Positions 30,269 through 39,750 of a stretch of 64,000 nucleotides of DNA are shown here, one piece after another; position 1 is the stretch's first letter, and each line of letters begins with the position of its first letter. The stretch covers positions 9,705 to 73,704 of the forward strand of contig JBBIUB010000002.1 of NCBI GenBank assembly GCA_037440465.1, read 5' to 3'. The DNA comes from Coprothermobacterota bacterium. GTDB taxonomy: Bacteria; Coprothermobacterota; HKB111. The notes under the pieces were generated by a model. It did not search any database. It was not told the origin of the DNA and saw only the letters and a list, made by a program, of their open reading frames with translations. The translations under genes and the position numbers were made by a program.

Positions 30269-32642
30269 CTCCTTTTTCTTTTATTGCACTTAAGACTCCC
30301 TCTGGACTTAAAGGAAGTCTCTTTATGCGAACACCAATGGCATCATATACTGCATTAGCTATAGCCGCTGCTGTTGGTATCATTGGATGTTCTCCAATTC
30401 CTCGAGCTCCAAAAGGTCCATCATGTTCTGGAGCTTCAATAATATTAGAAACGATATCTGAAGGCACATCAAGTGAAGTAGCTATTTTATAGTCAGTGAA
30501 AGAAGGGTTTAGTGTTTTTCCATGCTGGTCAAATTTGAGTTCTTCAAAAAGAGCTGAACTTAATCCCTGAACAAGCCCCCCTTCCATCTGCCTTTTTACC
30601 TGTAGAGGATTAATTGCTTTACCAACATCAAAAGCAGAGGCTGCTTTGAGAACTTTTATTACTCCAGTTTCTGTATCTACCTCCACTTCTACTGCTTGTG
30701 CGCCAGTAGTAAAATGAACCACTGGTTTTCTCCCCTGACCAGTCTCAGGATCTACAGGAGTAACATCTGGTGGAACAAACATGCCATGCCCCATAATCGG
30801 ACCTCCTTCAAGCTTTCCATCAGGCATCCTTATCCCATATATTGCCACATTCTTAAGTGCTATCTTCTTTGTAGGGTCACTAAGACAAACAACATGACCA
30901 TTAATAAGATACAGGTCTTTGCTATTAACCTCCCAGGATTTACTCAGGAGTGCAAAAACCTGATCTTTTATATCCTGACAAGCTTTAAGAAGAGCATTAC
31001 CAGTGGACCAGGTTAGACGACTGGCTACAGTTTGCCATTCATATGGATTTCTATCTGTGTCTGGAGATAATACCTTTATCTTCTCGGGGTGGATGGTTAA
31101 TGCTTCAGCAGCTATCTGGGTTAAAACAGTATGATACCCTTGTCCTATTTCCATTCCAGAAGCAAGGATATTTATAGAACCATCTTCATTGAATTTAACA
31201 AAGACTGAAGAGCCTGCATCAGGTGGCATAGCTGGTGCCTTCCACATAGCAGCAATACCTTTTCCTCTCACCTTAACAGGACTTTTACATACTTCTTTCT
31301 CCTTCATGTTTAAGGTGGTAGCCACAGTTAGAATGCAATCCGAGAGTCCTGTGGGGTGCATTTTATTGCCTGTAAGGGTTTCTGCTCCTCCTCTTAGGGC
31401 ATTCAACAAGCGAAACTCAACAGGGTCCATGCCAAGCTTAACTGCTGCTTCATCCATATGAGATTCAATGGCAAAGTGAATCTCGGACATACCAAATCCT
31501 CTATAAGGACCTCCTACAGGATGGTTTGTATAAATGCAATATGTATCAGATTTAACATTGGGAATCTCATATGGGCCAGAAGAAGAATAACCAGATGCCC
31601 TTGTTATATTCACTCCATATTCAGTGTAAGCACCTCCAGCCCAATAGTATTTAACCTCCAGAGCTTGGATTTTACCATCTTTTTTTACCCCCATTTTTAC
31701 GAAAGCCTTGAGGGCCTGTCTGACGAATGTACCAAAAAACTCTTCTTCCCTGGTCATCCTGAGTTTCACAGGGTATCCAAGAACTTTCATTGCTAAGGGA
31801 ACAAGACAAGCTTCTATGGTAACTCCTGCTTTAGAACCAAATCCTCCACCGAGATAAGGGGTTATTACTCTCACTTTACTTTGAGGTAATCCAAAAGCCT
31901 GAGCTATAAGATTCCTTTGAGCAAAGGGGGATTGGGAAGAAGTCCAAAGGGTTACATTTCTTCTAAAATCAACTTCTGCGATAGCTACATGGGTTTCTAT
32001 AGTAGAGTGCTGTATATGGGGAACTTGATAGGAATCTTCAATTATTATGTCAGAATTCTTAAAACCCTCTTCCAAATTCCCTTTTCTCACCTTGAAATGG
32101 TTACTGATATTAGTACCAGGTACTGGATAGATAAAGTCAGAATGAGGATATCTCCCTAAGTCTGGATGAATTATTGGAGCTTCAGGCCTTGCTCCCAATA
32201 CTGGGTCAAAAACTGTTGGAAGTTCCTTATACTCTACCTCTATAAGCTCTAATGCTTCCTCTGCAATCTCTTCAGAGATAGCAGCCACTCCAGCTACTGG
32301 CTCACCAATAAATCTAACCCGGTCAACTGCGTAAAGGTTCCTATCCTTAAGATAAAGACCAATTAAATATGGAAAATCAGTGCCAGTAACTACTGCCTTG
32401 ACTCCAGGTAGGCTTAGGGCTCTCTTTGTGTCGATATTGATTATCTTACCGTGGGAAACAGGACTTCTTTTTAGTTTAGCGTGAAGAAGTTTGGGTCCAA
32501 ACTGTAAGTCATCAGTATATTTTGCTTCACCAGTAACTTTTTCCCAAGCATCTACCCTGGGTATGTCTTTTCCAATCCAGGAAAATTCTTCTTTAACTAT
32601 CTCTAATTCAATTGTTTCTTCTTTTATTTTATCGGAAGACAT
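30246..32642 (-). CDS. xanthine dehydrogenase family molybdopterin-binding subunit
   Basis: 798 aa; Ald_Xan_dh a/b hammerhead plus MoCo-binding domains (GGGFGSK, catalytic E in GEP). Confidence 0.9.
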   Translation of the reverse strand: MSSDKIKEETIELEIVKEEFSWIGKDIPRVDAWEKVTGEAKYTDDLQFGPKLLHAKLKRSPVSHGKIINIDTKRALSLPGVKAVVTGTDFPYLIGLYLKDRNLYAVDRVRFIGEPVAGVAAISEEIAEEALELIEVEYKELPTVFDPVLGARPEAPIIHPDLGRYPHSDFIYPVPGTNISNHFKVRKGNLEEGFKNSDIIIEDSYQVPHIQHSTIETHVAIAEVDFRRNVTLWTSSQSPFAQRNLIAQAFGLPQSKVRVITPYLGGGFGSKAGVTIEACLVPLAMKVLGYPVKLRMTREEEFFGTFVRQALKAFVKMGVKKDGKIQALEVKYYWAGGAYTEYGVNITRASGYSSSGPYEIPNVKSDTYCIYTNHPVGGPYRGFGMSEIHFAIESHMDEAAVKLGMDPVEFRLLNALRGGAETLTGNKMHPTGLSDCILTVATTLNMKEKEVCKSPVKVRGKGIAAMWKAPAMPPDAGSSVFVKFNEDGSINILASGMEIGQGYHTVLTQIAAEALTIHPEKIKVLSPDTDRNPYEWQTVASRLTWSTGNALLKACQDIKDQVFALLSKSWEVNSKDLYLINGHVVCLSDPTKKIALKNVAIYGIRMPDGKLEGGPIMGHGMFVPPDVTPVDPETGQGRKPVVHFTTGAQAVEVEVDTETGVIKVLKAASAFDVGKAINPLQVKRQMEGGLVQGLSSALFEELKFDQHGKTLNPSFTDYKIATSLDVPSDIVSNIIEAPEHDGPFGARGIGEHPMIPTAAAIANAVYDAIGVRIKRLPLSPEGVLSAIKEKGGEKREEK

Positions 32643-32651
32643 TTTCCACCC

Positions 32652-33122
32652 CTACTTAGAAAGTATGTTTGCAGCATGACGAGTTGCTTCTACAATAGCT
32701 ACATATCCTGTACAACGACATATATTGCCAGCAATAGTTTCTTGGATTTCCTCTTCTGAAGGGTCAGGATTTCTCTTCAAGAGAACTGATAAAGATAAAA
32801 TCATCCCTGGTGTGCAAAAACCACACTGAACAGCACCTTTTTCAATAAAAGCCTCCTGAAGAGGGTGCAATTTTCCATCTTTTACCAATCCTTCTACGGT
32901 AATTATTCTTTTCCCATCTATCTCTATAGCCAGAACCAGACATGAGTTTACTGGTTCATCGTTCAAAATAACGGTACAGGCTCCACATTCTCCTTTACCA
33001 CAACCATATTTAGGGCTTGTAATTCCAATCTTATTTCGTAATACTTCTAAAAGAGTCTCCCATGGAAAAACCTCAAGATTGTAGTTTTCTCCATTAACCA
33101 TGAAATGAATACTTTTTCTCAT
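32652..33122 (-). CDS. xanthine dehydrogenase family [2Fe-2S] subunit
   Basis: Two 2Fe-2S motifs (CGKGECGACTV; CGFCTPG). Start moved to the internal ATG (MRKSIHFMVNG), which overlaps the upstream stop as ATGA. Confidence 0.85.
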   Translation of the reverse strand: MRKSIHFMVNGENYNLEVFPWETLLEVLRNKIGITSPKYGCGKGECGACTVILNDEPVNSCLVLAIEIDGKRIITVEGLVKDGKLHPLQEAFIEKGAVQCGFCTPGMILSLSVLLKRNPDPSEEEIQETIAGNICRCTGYVAIVEATRHAANILSK

Positions 33123-33997
33123 ATAACTACCTCTCTCAAAAGCAATAACTTCTCCCATGCTTTTAATAAAGCTCTTTTTGTGAATACTTTGCACATCTCC
33201 AGACGATATTGCCTGGAAGAACGCACATCATCTATAGGTGATACTTCTTCAAGAATCAGGGGAAGTCCTTCTTCAACTAATTCTGAGGTCAAAACTTTAT
33301 GACGCAGATAATTTTCAATCTTTGTAGCTCTAATTGGAGTAGGAGCAACAGCCCCCAAAGCAACTCTGTATTCAAAGCCGGAGGGAGTATCAAGAACTAA
33401 AGCTGCAACTCCAACTACTGCTAAATCTACTGCGGCTCTTCTTCCAAGCTTCAGGTATATGGACATATGGGAATATCTTGGATGTGAAATAAATATTTCT
33501 TTAACTAATTCGCCTGGTTTCAAAACATTCAATCGAGGTCCTTTAATGAAAGAAGACAATTTTATTCTTCTCTCCCCATCAAGTCCAATCGTTAAAACCT
33601 CACTATCATAGCATAGAAGAATTGGAACCATATCAGCTGAAGGTACAGAGCTAACAAGATTTCCAGTAAGGGTCCCTCTTGCACGAACCTGATATGAACC
33701 AACTGATGAAGCAGCTTCCTTTAATCCAGGAAAATAATTGCCAATATTTAAAGAGTTAGATATTTCGTTTAAAGTTGTTAAGCTTCCAATGTGTATTCCT
33801 TTATCATTATAAATAAGAGTTTTTAACTCGGAGATTTCTTTTATGTCTATAACATATCTGGGTTGTTCAAGCTTTTCTTTCATCCTGACTATCAGGTCTG
33901 TCCCACCATTTAAGTAAGCTCCACCTTCTCCAAGTTTTCTGGTTATATCAAGGGCTTCTCTAATGTTAGAAGGTCTATAATAATCAAATTCTTTCAC
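33119..33997 (-). CDS. xanthine dehydrogenase family FAD-binding subunit
   Basis: 292 aa CO-dehydrogenase flavoprotein-like subunit (AYLNGGTDL). Confidence 0.85.
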   Translation of the reverse strand: MKEFDYYRPSNIREALDITRKLGEGGAYLNGGTDLIVRMKEKLEQPRYVIDIKEISELKTLIYNDKGIHIGSLTTLNEISNSLNIGNYFPGLKEAASSVGSYQVRARGTLTGNLVSSVPSADMVPILLCYDSEVLTIGLDGERRIKLSSFIKGPRLNVLKPGELVKEIFISHPRYSHMSIYLKLGRRAAVDLAVVGVAALVLDTPSGFEYRVALGAVAPTPIRATKIENYLRHKVLTSELVEEGLPLILEEVSPIDDVRSSRQYRLEMCKVFTKRALLKAWEKLLLLREVVI

Positions 33998-34014
33998 AGG
34001 CTTCCCTACCTTTT

Positions 34015-34842
34015 TTATTCCTTCTTAACAAAAGCTACCAATCGACAGAAGGCAGCTTCACCTCCAACAAACCTCCAGGGGAAGCAACCAACATAAACCC
34101 TTTGGTTAAGGATTTTGTCTATTTCTCCTCCAATATTCTCAAGATGGAAAATACCATACTTGAAAAGACCATAATGGGTAGTTTGATAATCATCCTCAGG
34201 AAATATCTCCTCAAGAGTCTTCCCCAGCTTTTTTTCAGCTTCTTTAGCTAAATCTGGTCTTACTTTTCTTATTACTGTATTCATTGGGTGGTCGGTTGAA
34301 CCAGCATCTATTGCCATCCAGGAAATCTTTCTCTCAAGGACAAATCTGGTGAATTCTGCTGTGGGACCCGGATGTTTAATAAAATATTTGGTTTCATCTG
34401 GAACACATTCTCCATACCAGTTACCGGGATAATATTTATGGTAACCGGTATTGATTATAAGAATATCTCCTTCTTTAATTTTTATCCCAGATTTCTTCTC
34501 CCATTCTTCAAAATGCTCAGGTGAATATATTTCATAATCACCAATACCAAACTGTGATAAATCAACTACCACTGCTGTACCAAAAAGCTTGTTAATAGGT
34601 ATTTGAGCAACATCTTGACCATTGGTAATGAAATGAAGTGGGGCATCAATATGGGTACCTACATGAAGAGTAGTTGAAATATGTTGACCTCCTACTCTAT
34701 CAAAAGCTACTCTTTTTATCCACTTTATTATTGGTCCTTCATAGGTGGCAAATGCTGGTGTGTGTACACCCCAATCTTGTGTGAGGTCAAGTAGCTTTAC
34801 TCCTTTTAAGTCCTCAAATTCTTCCATATATTCCTCCTTCAT
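34015..34842 (-). CDS. cyclase family protein (kynurenine formamidase-like metal amidohydrolase)
   Basis: HVGTHIDAPLHF signature of the putative-cyclase family. Confidence 0.75.
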   Translation of the reverse strand: MKEEYMEEFEDLKGVKLLDLTQDWGVHTPAFATYEGPIIKWIKRVAFDRVGGQHISTTLHVGTHIDAPLHFITNGQDVAQIPINKLFGTAVVVDLSQFGIGDYEIYSPEHFEEWEKKSGIKIKEGDILIINTGYHKYYPGNWYGECVPDETKYFIKHPGPTAEFTRFVLERKISWMAIDAGSTDHPMNTVIRKVRPDLAKEAEKKLGKTLEEIFPEDDYQTTHYGLFKYGIFHLENIGGEIDKILNQRVYVGCFPWRFVGGEAAFCRLVAFVKKE

Positions 34843-35087
34843 ATTTAAATATTTAAGGTTCTTCTCAAATTATGTCGTTAAACAGGGTTCAAGGGTACAA
34901 GAATTCAAGGATTCGAGGGTTCAAGTGAAAATCTTAAAAATACAACTTCTTGACTGCTTGAACCTTTCAGATAAGACCTCTGCCTAACCTTTAATTCTTT
35001 GTAGTTATTATGCATTTTACTGGACTCCTTGACTCCTTAGCCCCTTGAATACTTTCAATTCATAATCATTTCAGTTTAACAACTAAT

Positions 35088-36479
35088 TTAAGGTGATCCA
35101 TATTTTCTTACAAAAGCCCACCCTGCCATTTCAAAGGCTGTGATAGGTAAACGGATAATTCCAGCACCCACCTGCCCAACTCCTGGATTTTTGTGAGCTA
35201 CTCCAGTATTCAAAATAGGAGTAATGCCAGTCTTTATAACTTTTAATATATCAATACCGAGAGGTGTTCCCCTGAAATTTAAATAGGGGATAGTAAATAC
35301 CTCGTTTAATGAATGAGTAATCTCATACATATCTAAATTATGGTCCATAGCATCTTTAGGTGTACCACCAATAAACTGCACTATAGCAGGAGCAGAAGCA
35401 AGTGCAAATCCACCCAGGCCTAAAGTTTCCATAATTGCAGAATCTCCCAGGTCCGGGTTAGCATCTTCCTCAGTATATCCTGGAAAGAAAAGAACATCAG
35501 GGATAGCTGCTTCAGATACAAACCACTCCTTATCCAAACCACTCACCCTAATGCCAAAATCCGTTCCATTTCGGGCTATCACATTAACAATTGATGAATA
35601 ATCAACTCTTTCAGCAGGTTCCAGGCAGGATTTAGAAGCGCCCATAGCAAGATTCAAAAAGAAGTGGTCGTTACTATCAATAAACTTCAATAATTCCTCT
35701 CCCTCTGCGACACTTCTGGATACATGAAGAATAGAGGGTGCTATGATTCTGAAAAATAGAGATGTGGCAGCTCTATTTCTGTTATGTAGCTCATCACCCA
35801 TGTGCAAAGCTTGGCTCATAACATTCTTAAGGTTAATATCCCCCAACTCATCTATTGCTTTTGACAGAACTGGGTAAAGAACATTCTCCATCCACTTTAA
35901 CCTTTCAATTACCTCCTGGCTATAAGCACCGAACCTCAATGCTTTACCCAGGCCTTCATTTTGAGTAACATACACCATATTTCCAAAAGTATTGTTTTTA
36001 ATTATAAAGACAGGCATAGATGGTGAGATTACTCCAGCCATTGGACCTACAGCATGATAATGATGAGTTGGTTCAAAGCGAATATCCCCTGAAGAAGCCA
36101 TCTCCCAGGCGTCTTTTTCTTTAGAAGTCCATCCCTCATAAAGAATAGCACCTATTATTGCTCCTTTCAAAGGTCCACACATTCTATCCCAGGTAATTGG
36201 TGGACCAGCATGAAGAAGGAATTTACCTCCAAAGCCTGGTATTATTTCCGATGCTCTACCCATACCCCAAAGATTGGGTTTTGCTGAAAGGATAATATCA
36301 ATAACCTTATTATTAGCTTCCTCAATTATCTTAATAGGTAATTTTCTGAGGTTATTAAGAAGTTCTTTATCAAGAGATGGTGGTCTAAAATCTACCTCAA
36401 CTACTTCAATGCCCTGGCTTTCTAAATCTCTGGCAAAAGCCTTAAGACCTATATTTATAACTTTAAGCTTGCTCCACAT
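35088..36479 (-). CDS. DUF1116 protein (YlbE/AllG-like oxamate carbamoyltransferase subunit)
   Basis: 463 aa; co-located with FdrA and DUF2877 genes, as in the E. coli fdrA-ylbE-ylbF cluster. Confidence 0.6.
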   Translation of the reverse strand: MWSKLKVINIGLKAFARDLESQGIEVVEVDFRPPSLDKELLNNLRKLPIKIIEEANNKVIDIILSAKPNLWGMGRASEIIPGFGGKFLLHAGPPITWDRMCGPLKGAIIGAILYEGWTSKEKDAWEMASSGDIRFEPTHHYHAVGPMAGVISPSMPVFIIKNNTFGNMVYVTQNEGLGKALRFGAYSQEVIERLKWMENVLYPVLSKAIDELGDINLKNVMSQALHMGDELHNRNRAATSLFFRIIAPSILHVSRSVAEGEELLKFIDSNDHFFLNLAMGASKSCLEPAERVDYSSIVNVIARNGTDFGIRVSGLDKEWFVSEAAIPDVLFFPGYTEEDANPDLGDSAIMETLGLGGFALASAPAIVQFIGGTPKDAMDHNLDMYEITHSLNEVFTIPYLNFRGTPLGIDILKVIKTGITPILNTGVAHKNPGVGQVGAGIIRLPITAFEMAGWAFVRKYGSP

Positions 36480-38013
36480 TTAAACTCCTTATAACCTTGC
36501 CTGCAAAAAAACTAACTTCTCTATTACTCTTGAAACATAGTGCACCTGCTTCTTCCAATGCTTTTTCTATCATATTCTTGTTCTGAATATCTTCGTGAGT
36601 ACCACATATATGAACTACAGGCAAGACTTTTCCCTTACATTCATAAATTAGGGGTAAGATTTCTTTCAGAGGTTCCATGGGTGCGCCATAACCAAGTATA
36701 AGGTCAAAAAAGATGATAGCTACATCTTCATCTTTAATCTCCCTGGATATTCTGTTTACTCGAAAAGTGTAATCAATAATAGGATGAAGGCGTCCAACAG
36801 TAAACTCGTCTTCACCGAGATCAATAATAGTATTATTAATACTTTTAACCCCCTGAATTTTGAACTCTTTAGAAAGTGGGGTATTAGAATAAACTTCTCC
36901 AATAAGACCTTTTAAAACAAGAAGTGCTTCATAAGCCAGTGTTCCGCCTGTAAAAAGACCCCTTAAATATCTTCTTTTACCAGAAATCTTCTTAGCCTCC
37001 TCAAAAGCTCTGGAAGAGATTTCATCCTCTCTTTTTTTCAAATAATCCTTTACATTTGTGGGGTTTTCCTTTCGTGTTAATGTTAGAGATAATAATGCTG
37101 CCTCTTCTAAAGACTCAGACCAGAAAAGATTAGAAGGAAGATCTGGTGGAATCGTATCTCCCAAAAAACAAACAACTACAGGTTTTTTTACTTTTCCTGC
37201 CTGTTCAAAAATCATGGAAGATACTTCTGGGTCGGGAGGTTTAGATATAAGCATAACAACTTCTGTATTATTATCAGAGGAAAGGAATTGGAGACCCATG
37301 AGAGTAGTAATGCCACCTACCTTAATATTTAAATCTCTACCACCCGTACCAATAGCGTGAGAAATCCCACCACTATAATCAGAGATGATGGAAGATACTT
37401 CCTGAATTCCTGTACCAGCTGCAGCTACTATTCCTATAGAACCTTTCCTTATCTTATTTGAAAATGCTATGCCAACCCCTCCTATAATGGCAGTACCAGC
37501 ATCTGGACCCATTAAAAAGAGTCTTCTATCAAAAGCCATTTTTTTTAATTTAGCTTCTTCATCCAGAGGAACATGATCTGAGAAAAGAAATACATTTAAT
37601 CCTTTTTCAAGTAATTCATGAGTAACCTCGTAAGCAAAACGCCCTGATACCGAAACAATAGCCAGATTTAAGTCTGGTATAGCCTTCAAAGCCGAACTTA
37701 TACTCCTTGGCTTGTGTATACTTTCTTCTTCTCTTGATTTTTTTCTTATTAAGAGTGAACACCCTTCATTAAGTGCTTTGGAAGTTGATTCTTTATCTTC
37801 TCCTTTTACTACCAGTATTAAATCCGAAGGTTTAGCCTTTTTGAATTCTTCAAGGAACATACCTGCTTCCTCTAAGAGTTTTACATTACTTTCTGTACCC
37901 ATATACAGAGCAGCTTCTATTACTCCAGGCATGGAAGATACCTGCTTGGATATAAGCATTAAAGTAGCGGAATCAAAGTAACTACCCTGTTTAATTATTC
38001 CTTCTACCCACAT
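36463..38013 (-). CDS. fdrA: FdrA family protein (AllF-like; succinyl-CoA synthetase-like fold)
   Basis: 516 aa; N-terminal KQGSYFDSATLM and CoA-binding/ligase-like domains. Confidence 0.7.
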   Translation of the reverse strand: MWVEGIIKQGSYFDSATLMLISKQVSSMPGVIEAALYMGTESNVKLLEEAGMFLEEFKKAKPSDLILVVKGEDKESTSKALNEGCSLLIRKKSREEESIHKPRSISSALKAIPDLNLAIVSVSGRFAYEVTHELLEKGLNVFLFSDHVPLDEEAKLKKMAFDRRLFLMGPDAGTAIIGGVGIAFSNKIRKGSIGIVAAAGTGIQEVSSIISDYSGGISHAIGTGGRDLNIKVGGITTLMGLQFLSSDNNTEVVMLISKPPDPEVSSMIFEQAGKVKKPVVVCFLGDTIPPDLPSNLFWSESLEEAALLSLTLTRKENPTNVKDYLKKREDEISSRAFEEAKKISGKRRYLRGLFTGGTLAYEALLVLKGLIGEVYSNTPLSKEFKIQGVKSINNTIIDLGEDEFTVGRLHPIIDYTFRVNRISREIKDEDVAIIFFDLILGYGAPMEPLKEILPLIYECKGKVLPVVHICGTHEDIQNKNMIEKALEEAGALCFKSNREVSFFAGKVIRSLNVEQA

Positions 38014-38878
38014 AATTCCTCACAAAGCATAAGCTAAAATAAAATCCTGTTAGAAAGTCAGCACCAGACGAGTGACCTATTTTTATAACCTGGAGAATAC
38101 TTGTCTCCAGAGTAGTTATATCATATGTAAATAAATTATTCACCATAACTCTGACAAATCTTCCAGCTAATCCAGCATAGGCTTCTTCAAGGAAATGGTA
38201 ACTAATTTTATTAGTCAGATTTTTAGCTAACGTAAGGATAGTTTGGCTTAAAGAAGAAAATTCATAAAAAAATATATTAAAAGAAAGGCTAAAGATACGA
38301 AGTCCCAGGATAAAACCTGACAGAAAATCATCACCTGATGGAGTTAAGCCTTCTCCTAACCCCAGTAGCAAAGTTACTCCAGTTTTCTGTTGCTTTTTAT
38401 CTAATTTAAAGAGGTGAACTAACCCAGATGATGCTTTTTTTAGTATATGAGAATTCTCTTCTTTTAGAAGTAGCGGTGTCAGGCCTCCAGGATAAGCATC
38501 TCTAAGAAGAATAAGCCTTATAAGTTCAAGGCCCTTTTCAAGATCTGAAAGAGGTTTTTCTTGAATATCAACTCTTGGATTATAAAAGGAATAATTACTA
38601 CATTCCAACTTTTCATAATTGGTAATCAAAAAACCATTCTCTCTGATGAAATGATCGCCAACCTTGTAATTTAAAAATGGTTTATCTTGAATTTCGCAGT
38701 TCAAAAGAAAACTTCGAGCACCGTCAGAGTAGTTTCTAGCTCTCACTTCCACTAATTTCTCATCCGAAGTCTCCAGATATAAAACACCTGGAAATACACT
38801 GTAAACAGTTGAGTAACCACCAACAGGTAAAAGATCTAGTGCTTCCCGGCTAACTGATACTACTCTTTTCAGACTCAC
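37991..38878 (-). CDS. DUF2877 protein (YlbF/AllH-like)
   Basis: 295 aa; third member of the FdrA/DUF1116/DUF2877 triad. Confidence 0.5.
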   Translation of the reverse strand: MSLKRVVSVSREALDLLPVGGYSTVYSVFPGVLYLETSDEKLVEVRARNYSDGARSFLLNCEIQDKPFLNYKVGDHFIRENGFLITNYEKLECSNYSFYNPRVDIQEKPLSDLEKGLELIRLILLRDAYPGGLTPLLLKEENSHILKKASSGLVHLFKLDKKQQKTGVTLLLGLGEGLTPSGDDFLSGFILGLRIFSLSFNIFFYEFSSLSQTILTLAKNLTNKISYHFLEEAYAGLAGRFVRVMVNNLFTYDITTLETSILQVIKIGHSSGADFLTGFYFSLCFVRNYVGRRNN

Positions 38879-39750
38879 TCAGGGTTCCTTCTTTTATATG
38901 TAGGGAAAGGACTTTTCGCTGACTTAAGGATAAGTTTTCCATAAGCATCCAGATTACGGTCTTCAAGATGATTATAAACCATCGGTGCCTTAGAACCATA
39001 TGAAACATATCTCAAAGGATCAGGATCCAGTTCACAAGCAATGACATCCTCCCCTCCTCTTGCTTGAGCTAACTTTTGAGCAATAGGGTTTACTATCATG
39101 CTGTGTCCGTAGTGATAATTACCTGAAGCATCAAGGCCTACTGCGTTTGTGGCTAATAAATATATGTGATTATCAAATGCCCTTGCTCTATTTGTAAGAT
39201 CCCATATTTCAAAGCTTCTTAGAAATGCTGAGGGTCTTACTATTATTTCTGCTCCTTGCAAAGCCATAATTCTTGCAAGTTCTGGGAAATCACCATCATA
39301 ACAAATAATAATACCTATTTTTGCTAAGCGAGTATTAAAAACAGGTACCTGAAAGCCTGCTTTTACATTTTTTTCTGTTGGGAAAGGATGGGTTTTTCTG
39401 TAAGTACCAACTATTCTGCCATTATCATCAATTAAAACTGCAGAATTATAAACTTCCTCTTTGTTATGCCCTTTTTCATAAAAAGGAAGGACAATATGCA
39501 CTCGGAGACTTTTACACATATCACAAATTTCATCAGTTAGATTGCCAGGAATATCAGTAGCTAATTCGTAAAGCTCACTTATTCCAAGATCAGGAGCGAA
39601 AGAGGTTACTATAGTCTCAGGAAGTACTATTAAATCTGCATTAAATTCATCCTTCACTTTTCTAACAGAGCTCTTTATTTTGATTATGTTCTCTGTAATC
39701 CTAAGAGGCAATGAATTCATCTGTATACAGGCAGCTATAAATCTTTCCAT
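38875..39750 (-). CDS. carbon-nitrogen hydrolase family amidase/nitrilase
   Basis: E-K-C triad context: LIVLPE, YRKTHPF, GIIICYD. Confidence 0.8.
   Translation of the reverse strand: MERFIAACIQMNSLPLRITENIIKIKSSVRKVKDEFNADLIVLPETIVTSFAPDLGISELYELATDIPGNLTDEICDMCKSLRVHIVLPFYEKGHNKEEVYNSAVLIDDNGRIVGTYRKTHPFPTEKNVKAGFQVPVFNTRLAKIGIIICYDGDFPELARIMALQGAEIIVRPSAFLRSFEIWDLTNRARAFDNHIYLLATNAVGLDASGNYHYGHSMIVNPIAQKLAQARGGEDVIACELDPDPLRYVSYGSKAPMVYNHLEDRNLDAYGKLILKSAKSPFPTYKRRNPE

Noticed and set aside
30246-32642. Selenocysteine (in-frame TGA) in the molybdopterin subunit or formate-dehydrogenase-like proteins
   Set aside because: The reading frames are continuous, with no internal TGA needed. No SECIS-like hairpin was noticed.
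34843-35087. Purine riboswitch upstream of the cyclase/xdh operon
   Set aside because: No conserved purine-riboswitch junction sequences on either strand. The region is explained by the TTCAAGG repeats.
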